Program-made: the position numbers and the translations under genes
Shown here: positions 10,636 to 17,945 of the stretch, one piece after another
Numbering within the stretch: the first letter of the stretch is position 1
Layout: every line of letters begins with the position of its first letter
The notes under the pieces: model-generated
Seen by the model: only the letters and a program-made list of their open reading frames with translations
Told to the model about the DNA's origin: nothing
Database searches by the model: none
Source: a virus
Reading direction: 5' to 3' (one strand)
DNA length: 64,000 nucleotides
IMG/VR virus record: IMGVR_UViG_3300027749_000060
Coordinates: 32,001-96,000 of that record

Positions 10636-10662
10636 TAAATATATTACTAACTTATATTTATA
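10636..10662. promoter_or_regulatory. Two crossed late-promoter boxes (TAAATA on + at 10636-10641; TATAAATA on - at 10655-10662)
   Basis: T4 gp55 late consensus TATAAATA; lies between the divergent tape-measure and gp26-like genes. Confidence 0.7.
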
Positions 10663-10674
10663 GGATTTCAAATA

Positions 10675-11523
10675 ATGGAAAATCAACGCAAAAACCCACT
10701 AGCTGGGCACTTTAGACAACCGGCTATTTACTTAACATTACCCAGCAAAGGTCGATGGTGGGGTGAAAATGCTCTAAATATGCCAGCAAACCAAGAAATA
10801 CCCATTTATCCAATGAGCACCAAAGATGAAATTATACTCAGAACACCAGACGCATTGCTAAATGGCCAGGGTATTATAGAAGTTATTCACAGTTGTTGCC
10901 CAAATATATTAGATGCATGGCAAATGCCTAGCATTGACGTAGATGCTGTGTTAATAGCAATACGCATTGCCACCTACGGCAATGACATGAATTTTGATAG
11001 TAAATGCACACATTGTGGTGAAGATAATACACACGGGGTAGATTTAAGTGAGCCATTGGCTAGTTTAAGATGTCCTAACTATGCCGAACCATTAGAACAT
11101 AAAGGCTTAAAAATAAAGTTTAAACCACAACATTATTTTACTGCTAATAAATCAAATGTTTTAGAGTTCCAAGAACAAAAGATATTAAATTTACTAGCAG
11201 CAGCAGACATGGATCCAGAAGATAAAGCAGTGCAAATAAAACAGGCAATGGATAAACTTTTTGATCAAGGCCTCAGGGCCTGTACGGACTGCACAGATCA
11301 TATAGAAATGGAAGACGGCCAGCAAGTACATAATACTGACTATATCTTTGAATTCTACACAAACGCTGAAAGCGGACTAATCCGCGAAATACAAGCTAAA
11401 GTACAAGAGTTTAGCAATCAAGCTAAACCTGATGGAATAGCACTAGCATGTCAGGAATGCCATAAACCATACGAGGTAGAACTAGCGTTCGATTACGCAA
11501 ATTTTTTCGGAAGAGGCTTTTAA
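10675..11523 (+). CDS. gp26: Baseplate hub / tail assembly chaperone, gp26-like
   Basis: YLTLPSKG, PMSTKDEI, DVDAVLIAIRIATYG, CxxC pairs, C-terminal NFF. Confidence 0.8.
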   Translation: MENQRKNPLAGHFRQPAIYLTLPSKGRWWGENALNMPANQEIPIYPMSTKDEIILRTPDALLNGQGIIEVIHSCCPNILDAWQMPSIDVDAVLIAIRIATYGNDMNFDSKCTHCGEDNTHGVDLSEPLASLRCPNYAEPLEHKGLKIKFKPQHYFTANKSNVLEFQEQKILNLLAAADMDPEDKAVQIKQAMDKLFDQGLRACTDCTDHIEMEDGQQVHNTDYIFEFYTNAESGLIREIQAKVQEFSNQAKPDGIALACQECHKPYEVELAFDYANFFGRGF

Positions 11524-11741
11524 CTTTAAACACTGACGCAGAGGTCATCAAGTTCTTAGAGAGATATGACCGAGAAGTAAAAGCCTTAAAAGAAGAAACA
11601 TTGCGTATGTGCTGGTATATGAGAGGAGGAGTATCTTATAATGAACTCATGGAAATGAGCAACATTGAAAGAACTATCATTGGGGATATTATTAAAAGCA
11701 ATTTAGAAACTACTAAAGAATCCAAATTGCCTTTCTTCTAA
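11499..11741 (+). CDS. gp51-like frame, probably reached by -1 frameshift from the gp26-like gene
   Basis: Frame -1 is open 11466-11741 and reads ...WYMRGGVSYNELMEMSNIERTIIGDIIKSNLETTKESKLPFF*; no ATG/GTG/TTG until 11601. Confidence 0.7.
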   Translation, partial: KFFRKRLLTLNTDAEVIKFLERYDREVKALKEETLRMCWYMRGGVSYNELMEMSNIERTIIGDIIKSNLETTKESKLPFF

Positions 11742-12200
11742 TATTCTTTATCTATTCGAGACTTGCTGTGCAAGTCTATTGCTATCGCTATCGCTCAGCA
11801 ATATTATTTCTTCTAATCTAAGAAACAATTCTAAATACTTTTAATTCGGATATATTATCTAGATGTAGATCACAATTCGGCCCAGCAGGCCAAAATTGTG
11901 ATCGAGACATTATCTGAGTGCCTTCAACACACTAACTATAAGAGATTGCTTGCTGGTGCAAACACGGAGGCGGTCATCCTGTACCCCCTACTCTAGATTC
12001 GATTATGACGGTACACTATACAATAACTAGTTAGCGCCATTGTTAGTGCTTGGGTTGTATATTTTTTACAGAGCCCAGATCATTTAATACCTTACGTTGG
12101 TATCTTACCGTACAGCTCCTAAGTCTGCGGGTGTTATTTCACACACACTCAATAGGGATCGAGGTACCTCGATCAAACGACGCTGCTATAATAATTTGCC
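11742..12200 (-). ncRNA. Candidate large structured non-coding RNA or structured cis-element
   Basis: ~460 nt without a credible ORF; many helices, G-U pairs that work only on the - strand, and an 8-bp loop-distal pairing. Confidence 0.6.
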
Positions 12201-12722
12201 TTAGCGGCTGGATTTACATAGTTGTTCTATTGATTCGGAATTTTTATTCCAGAATGATTCAAAGTCTTGGATGATCCATGTGCCATAATTAGGAGAGATA
12301 TACGTGGAGTAATTGGGATTTAGTGATAGACTTGGTGTCGGTTGACAGGCAATATAAGTGCCTTTGCGATTAAATTTCATGAGTAATATATTGAAATCGC
12401 CAGTGTTGGCCACTTCTAATAACTGCCCAATCCATTTTTCTAATATAGGTATTGTACCTTGATAAAGTTGATGGAATGGAAAATCAGCATAACTCTTTGC
12501 TTCCGCATTAAAATATGTCCAAGATTCCGGGGGAACAATATCTCCTTTGAAACTCTTAACTTGACTTGCATCAAGACTTGCTTTTCTAAAAGAATTTGTT
12601 CCGCCAATGTACGCTCCGCTGTGTGGTGCTCTAATAAAAGAGGCATTGTGGCGCTCAGATAGAAATTTGGCAACTACACGTTCCCAGGAATTTCCTTTAT
12701 TTTTGCTTTTTGATCCACTCAT
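12201..12722 (-). CDS. PD-(D/E)xK nuclease, Hjc-like Holliday junction resolvase
   Basis: KGNSWER..., GDI..., EAK catalytic pattern. Confidence 0.75.
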   Translation of the reverse strand: MSGSKSKNKGNSWERVVAKFLSERHNASFIRAPHSGAYIGGTNSFRKASLDASQVKSFKGDIVPPESWTYFNAEAKSYADFPFHQLYQGTIPILEKWIGQLLEVANTGDFNILLMKFNRKGTYIACQPTPSLSLNPNYSTYISPNYGTWIIQDFESFWNKNSESIEQLCKSSR

Positions 12723-12787
12723 TGATTTTTGTACCTTGACTATTACTTAGCTTAATTCTCTGTATCTGTGTATTTTTTATTAAAAAA

Positions 12788-12866
12788 ACTGCGGCTGGGT
12801 GGCCAACATGATGGACTAAAGTATTGTATTATATTTTTATTATATAGTATTCGTCCCAGCCGCAGT
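12788..12866. repeat. 12-bp perfect inverted repeat around a 55-bp AT-rich spacer
   Basis: actgcggctggg (12788-12799) / cccagccgcagt (12855-12866). Confidence 0.85.
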
Positions 12867-12878
12867 AAATCTGTGTAA

Positions 12879-14645
12879 CTATGAGTCTATATCAGTCCCA
12901 TACGTGGTATAACCGTTGCTTTTGGTGACCCTTAATATATTTTCAACCCTGGCAACTAACTCATCTCGATGACTAACTAACCAAACACTCTTCTTGCCAT
13001 CCCTGCTGAGTTTTTTAAGTATAGCCAATGAACTTTCCATTCCGCTGGAATCTAAACCTGAGTCAACTAATTCGTCGACAAATAACAAATTGACTTTCTG
13101 ATATAGGCTTTCCCATACATCACGGAATGCCCAACTTAAACTTAATATAAGTCTATTGCGCTCACCTCGGCTGAGATTGTCAAAGTCTAAATCTCTACCT
13201 AGCTCTGTGATACTGACTGTGAGATCATTTTGAAACTCAACTTGATGTGGCAGTCCAATCTTTTCTAAGTAGTAACTCAGTCTGGTATTTAAATAACTTA
13301 AATTTTGATCAATTATTTTTTTGCGAATAAAACTGTCTTTGCTGGTTAACAACTTGAGTAAGAATTCTTCATGATCCTTCATCTTAGTCAACTGGTTAAT
13401 ATTATCGTAGCTAACTTCTTCTAATGCAGTTTTTGTCATTTCTTCAATTTGATCATCGTATGGATCAATTTCAAGTTTTTTCTGTTCTATTTGCTGCAAC
13501 AGATTTGCTAATGTAGCTCTATGCTCAACGGCGTCTGACTCGCGGTCGTAAAACACATTAGGATGTGTACCTAATGCACCCAAGTCGTTTAATTCCTGTG
13601 TATTTTCTATGTATTGAGTATTAGTAGCTAGCGACTGTAGTGCAGCCTCTTGCAATGCTTTCTTTTTGCTGTCTAACAATTTTACTTGTTTATCATCGTG
13701 GAATGATTGCCCGCAACTATGACATGTATGATTTTCTAAACTGGCTATTTCAGTTTTAAGTTGATCAATAAGTTTAATTTCGCGAGTTTCATCTAGTTCA
13801 CAGCGTTTAATTAAACTGTTAAGAGTTCTAATCTTTGTTGATTTTTCGTTGTAGGCTGTTAATGCACGATGTGCAGCTAGCTCTGCCTCAATGTCAATTT
13901 GATTCAATTGATCATATGCGCTTTGTAGTTGGTCGCAATCTGTATTGTATTTGTTAACCCAAAGAGTTTGTCTGCGTCGTAGGGCTTGAATTTGTTCTTC
14001 TATGCGTTTATTTGCATCAATGACAGCTCTAATGCGGAATTCGTCCTGCTGTATATCGTCTTTGGTCTGTTTAATTCTATCTTTTAGTACTTCTGCTTTT
14101 TCACTTAGCAGGGTAATACCCATTAGCTGCTCAATGATTTCTCGTTGATCGCTGGCCCGTAGACTTAAAAAGGGCTCTGTATAGGTGTTTAATGCAACAA
14201 TATGCTTAAACATACTGTGGCTCATGCACAATAGTCGTTCAATGTCCTGCTGTGTTTCTCTACTATCGCCCTGACTTTCATCTACAATCTGTTGCTCAAC
14301 ATCAGCAACATAAAATTTCATCACGTTAGGTTTACGTCCGCGTTCAACTCTATATTCAACGCCGTCTTTTTCAAAATCAATAGTAACCATCATGCCTTTG
14401 GCATTAGTTCTATTAATCAGATTGTCTTTTTTGATATTGGTTAGTGCATTGCCATACAAAGCATAGCTAACTATATTCAATAATGCGCTTTTTCCAGTGC
14501 CGTTGCGAGCACCGCTATCGTCGCCGCCTAAGTCGAGGTTCTCGCCCAGTATCAGTGTTAGGTCATTACGATCTAAATTGACACTCTGGGTAACATTGCC
14601 AATTGACAAAAAGTTTTTTGCCGTAACAGATTTTATTTTAAGCAT
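12879..14645 (-). CDS. gp46: Recombination endonuclease ATPase subunit (gp46/SbcC/Rad50-like)
   Basis: KNFLSIG, Walker A NGTGKS, CHSC zinc hook, LSRGE signature, LLFVDE Walker B, LVSH. Confidence 0.93.
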   Translation of the reverse strand: MLKIKSVTAKNFLSIGNVTQSVNLDRNDLTLILGENLDLGGDDSGARNGTGKSALLNIVSYALYGNALTNIKKDNLINRTNAKGMMVTIDFEKDGVEYRVERGRKPNVMKFYVADVEQQIVDESQGDSRETQQDIERLLCMSHSMFKHIVALNTYTEPFLSLRASDQREIIEQLMGITLLSEKAEVLKDRIKQTKDDIQQDEFRIRAVIDANKRIEEQIQALRRRQTLWVNKYNTDCDQLQSAYDQLNQIDIEAELAAHRALTAYNEKSTKIRTLNSLIKRCELDETREIKLIDQLKTEIASLENHTCHSCGQSFHDDKQVKLLDSKKKALQEAALQSLATNTQYIENTQELNDLGALGTHPNVFYDRESDAVEHRATLANLLQQIEQKKLEIDPYDDQIEEMTKTALEEVSYDNINQLTKMKDHEEFLLKLLTSKDSFIRKKIIDQNLSYLNTRLSYYLEKIGLPHQVEFQNDLTVSITELGRDLDFDNLSRGERNRLILSLSWAFRDVWESLYQKVNLLFVDELVDSGLDSSGMESSLAILKKLSRDGKKSVWLVSHRDELVARVENILRVTKSNGYTTYGTDIDS

Positions 14646-15661
14646 TAGAGAGTACGATAGATTTCAAGCAACAAGTTAGTATTATAGTTATCGCTGGTAA
14701 TACCTGTCAATTGATTAGACACAATTTGATCCACGCTTTGAAATGATATGTTGCCTTGTGCAACCATGCCTTCGAGATCCACATTTGATTGTGGAATTAA
14801 TTTAATCTCTCTAAGATGATGACTATTAATAAACGTTTCTTTAATAAAACTAGCTTCTTCGTAGCTAATGTCGATGTCCAAGTTGACCCTAGCATGCATA
14901 TTCTTACGTAACAACCTATCGGAGTCATTTAAGATACTGCTGAGATTGTATACTCTATACACGGGTTGATCAGGCCATGCATGATATACAGGCTCTTGTC
15001 CCCATTCAAGTATCATTAGTCCGCGTTCGTCGTCACCGGCATCGGCATAGTTATGCGGAAAACAATTGCCAATGTAAGTAATATTCTTTTTAGTTTGACG
15101 TTTATGAAAATGCCCAGTAAACACATGATCAAAGTGATTAAAGTCTTCTCTATGCACAGTGCCGTGATCGGGCATTTCTACCATAGCATTCATCAGGTAA
15201 CCTGGCAATTCAAAATGCCCAAACATATACCTGGCAGATAGCTTAGGTATACGTTTATGGTCGTCGGCAACAAGCCAAGGAGCAATAACTACATCGCCCT
15301 CAATGAGCCAATCGTTGCAAATGACTACATTCTTTAAATGTTTAGCCCACTCAACACTTTGTACATCGCGCTTGTCTCTATAATACAAATCATGATTGCC
15401 GGGTATAAAAAACACCCTATCAAAATTTGCATTTAAATGTTCTAATGCTTGTAGACTATAATTAAGAGTAACAATATTAATGCTAGCTCTATTATTATGC
15501 CAATCACCAAGAAACATGGCTGTTTCGCAGCCCTCTTCCTTGGCCTTAGCAGTAGCCCACTTTACAAAATTTAAACAGTCATCGTTGTGTTGGCTGCTGT
15601 TTGATTTTAATCCAAAGTGGATATCAGTAAAGACAGCAGCTTTTTTAAAAAGATTACTCAT
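14645..15661 (-). CDS. gp47: Recombination endonuclease nuclease subunit (gp47/SbcD/Mre11-like)
   Basis: DIHFG, LGD, GNHD and GHFH phosphoesterase motifs. Confidence 0.93.
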   Translation of the reverse strand: MSNLFKKAAVFTDIHFGLKSNSSQHNDDCLNFVKWATAKAKEEGCETAMFLGDWHNNRASINIVTLNYSLQALEHLNANFDRVFFIPGNHDLYYRDKRDVQSVEWAKHLKNVVICNDWLIEGDVVIAPWLVADDHKRIPKLSARYMFGHFELPGYLMNAMVEMPDHGTVHREDFNHFDHVFTGHFHKRQTKKNITYIGNCFPHNYADAGDDERGLMILEWGQEPVYHAWPDQPVYRVYNLSSILNDSDRLLRKNMHARVNLDIDISYEEASFIKETFINSHHLREIKLIPQSNVDLEGMVAQGNISFQSVDQIVSNQLTGITSDNYNTNLLLEIYRTL

Positions 15662-15667
15662 TCATCT

Positions 15668-15697
15668 ATTATAACAGTTTGCCCTACAGTATGTAAA
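15668..15697 (-). promoter_or_regulatory. Sigma70-type promoter for gp47-gp46
   Basis: TTTACA-18-TATAAT with extended -10 TG; -10 ends 6 nt before ATG. Confidence 0.65.
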
Positions 15698-15708
15698 GCA
15701 TTATGGCG

Positions 15709-16590
15709 CTAATCGTGGTCGCCATCGCTACCACCTGTATAACCAGATGACATACCTTGTCTGGTATAACTTGGATTAAAGTTATTCATTTCTAAAATAT
15801 CGTCGCGTAAGTTCTGATTACGTTTTTCAATATTCAACACACGAGTAAAGCTATTAGTGATAGCGGCAGTATAATACGCAAAAGGGTTCTGCGATTTTGA
15901 CTCATCAAATTGGAGTCCAATTTGGCTGAGTTGTAGTAAGGCTTGGCTTCGCATTTCGTCATTGTAGGTATATCCTCTCCAGTTTGATCTTGTTGCATAT
16001 CTCTCGCATAATTTCATAAACATCAGGGCTAGCTTTTTAGTCATAGACCCATGGTCTCTTGACCATTCTCCGTCATCTATATTGCCCTTCCAGTGGCTTT
16101 TGCCTACGCAATAGCTAGCACCGTTTACATCAATTTTATAATGTTGGAACGGAGGGAAATTGCATTTAGTGTATTTAATTATTGCAGCTGGTACTTTATA
16201 GTCGGCGTCGTCATCGTATTCGGTATGAGCAGCGGCTTCTTCGTCTGCCGCGTCTTGACTCTTTTTAGTAGCAGCTTCGTTTATTGGTACATGAGCCCAA
16301 GTCATTACTCGAAAAATTACATCTGTAGTAGGAATTTCTTCAGTTGGAAGTAAAAATTCGTCTAGTTTACGTTTTTCGCCCTGGGCAGCAGCAGCTTCAA
16401 GTTGAAGTTTTGCTAATCGCTCTGCTCGATTTTCCTGTGCTTGCCGTATGTTATCTGTGGTGATCTGTAATAAATCATGGATAATCATATCATAGTCGGC
16501 GTAGTCTGGTAATGTAAAAGTACAGTAAGTACTTTTGCTACGGTGTATCTCTTTTAAGATATCTTTATTATTTAGGTAATTATGTTTAAT
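15709..16590 (-). CDS. gp55: Late-transcription sigma factor, gp55-like
   Basis: NYLNNK, NWRGYTY.DEM, FDESKSQNPFAYYT motifs. Start placed at ATT 7 nt after TAAGGAG (track start TTG 16608). Confidence 0.85.
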   Translation of the reverse strand: MKHNYLNNKDILKEIHRSKSTYCTFTLPDYADYDMIIHDLLQITTDNIRQAQENRAERLAKLQLEAAAAQGEKRKLDEFLLPTEEIPTTDVIFRVMTWAHVPINEAATKKSQDAADEEAAAHTEYDDDADYKVPAAIIKYTKCNFPPFQHYKIDVNGASYCVGKSHWKGNIDDGEWSRDHGSMTKKLALMFMKLCERYATRSNWRGYTYNDEMRSQALLQLSQIGLQFDESKSQNPFAYYTAAITNSFTRVLNIEKRNQNLRDDILEMNNFNPSYTRQGMSSGYTGGSDGDHD

Positions 16591-16625
16591 TTTTATTCTC
16601 CTTAGCAAATTACTGCATTGTTTTT

Positions 16626-16654
16626 AGTTTAGCATATAAATCAACGTATTGCAA
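16626..16654 (-). promoter_or_regulatory. Sigma70-type promoter for gp55
   Basis: TTGCAA-17-TAAACT with extended -10 TG. Confidence 0.55.
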
Positions 16655-16688
16655 CCATTTAAGTATAAACATAGCATATTTTAACTCA

Positions 16689-16696
16689 TATAAATA
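16689..16696 (+). promoter_or_regulatory. Late promoter TATAAATA for the baseplate operon
   Basis: Exact T4 late consensus 19 nt before ATG 16716. Confidence 0.75.
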
Positions 16697-16715
16697 TAGT
16701 TAAGAAGGTACAACC

Positions 16716-17642
16716 ATGCCATTTAATATTCCAGATTTATCTACAACTGCCATACAAAAAATGACAGGGCCTCCTAACCTATACCAGAGTCTGTCGGGAA
16801 TTTCTAATCCAGTCAGTGACTTAACGTCGTTGTCAGATCCGGCTGCTAGTAGGTTGTCTTCAGCGGGATTGTCAAAAGGTGCATATCTGCCAGATGCTGA
16901 CGAAGTGGATCCTTCTAACATAGATTATGAAGAATCCGACGATACTAGCCAAGATGGTGGCGGAGGCGGTGCCGACGACGATAACGAAGGCGACAGTTCG
17001 TCTCCAACGTCCTCTAATAGGGCTGCATTTAAAACGTCGCAAATTGCAGCATTTTCTGGACCACAGGGCAAAGATTGGCGTTTAAAAGTCACGTGTAAAG
17101 AAATCTCAAACTTTTCTGGATTATTAGGACCATTAAAAAATACAGGTGGCGTTATATTTCCGCACACTCCTACAGTTACAGTTGGGTATCAGGCAAACTA
17201 TGCAGCACAGAGATATACACATAGTAATTATCCAATGTATACATATGAAAGCAGTGAAGTTCAACCTATACAAATATCTGGAGAATTTACTGTACAAAAC
17301 AGTGCAGAGGCAGCCTACGTATTAGCTTGTATTTATTTCTTTAGGGCAAGTACAAAAATGTTCTTTGGATCTTCAAAAAATGCAGGTGCTCCTCCCCCAA
17401 TAGTCAGACTTACTGGATACGGAGATCAATATTTTCCGTCAGGTGGTGTTCCTTGTGCAGTAACCTCGTTTACTCACACTATGCCGCCTGATGTAGATTA
17501 CATTAATACAGGGCAAACTCGAATGCCCGTAATTAGTACCATAACAGTAAATTTACAACCAATTTACAGTAAATCAACTTTGACAAAATTTGATTTAAGT
17601 AAATTTTCTACAGGTGGACAACTAGGAACAGGATTAATATAA
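16716..17642 (+). CDS. Baseplate tube-initiator-like protein
   Basis: VIFPHTP...ISGEFT...PPPIV.L.G.G pattern typical of contractile-tail tube initiators; first gene of the baseplate cluster. Confidence 0.55.
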   Translation: MPFNIPDLSTTAIQKMTGPPNLYQSLSGISNPVSDLTSLSDPAASRLSSAGLSKGAYLPDADEVDPSNIDYEESDDTSQDGGGGGADDDNEGDSSSPTSSNRAAFKTSQIAAFSGPQGKDWRLKVTCKEISNFSGLLGPLKNTGGVIFPHTPTVTVGYQANYAAQRYTHSNYPMYTYESSEVQPIQISGEFTVQNSAEAAYVLACIYFFRASTKMFFGSSKNAGAPPPIVRLTGYGDQYFPSGGVPCAVTSFTHTMPPDVDYINTGQTRMPVISTITVNLQPIYSKSTLTKFDLSKFSTGGQLGTGLI

Positions 17643-17944
17643 TGGCTGCAATATACTCAAAAACTAGTCCGTACTATACAACCTCTGTTACCGGTAATTT
17701 TTTAAATGTGTTGGCATACCGCCCTATCCCTAAAAATCCAATGGATATAAAATATACAATTGATTATGTTTATGAATTTAGGCCTGACATGTTAGCATCT
17801 GACCTATATGATAATTCAGGACTGTGGTGGGTATTTGCAATAAGAAATCCAAATGTAATTGCAGATCCAATATTTGATTTCTATGCTGGTCAGATTATAT
17901 ATCTTCCTAGTAAAGATACATTAATTTCATCATTGGGAATGTAA
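17642..17944 (+). CDS. gp53: Baseplate wedge protein gp53-like (LysM-like)
   Basis: RPDMLASDLYDNSGLWWVFAIRN. Confidence 0.75.
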   Translation: MAAIYSKTSPYYTTSVTGNFLNVLAYRPIPKNPMDIKYTIDYVYEFRPDMLASDLYDNSGLWWVFAIRNPNVIADPIFDFYAGQIIYLPSKDTLISSLGM

Positions 17945-17945
17945 A

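Noticed and set aside
11742-12200. tRNA, tmRNA, RNase P or group I/II intron identity for the structured region
   Set aside because: No cloverleaf or CCA end, no GAGGAAAGUCC, no recognisable P7 or domain V, and it does not interrupt a gene.
12050-12274. 74-aa + strand ORF in the structured gap
   Set aside because: TTG start without SD, overlaps the resolvase antisense, and the region is better explained by RNA structure.
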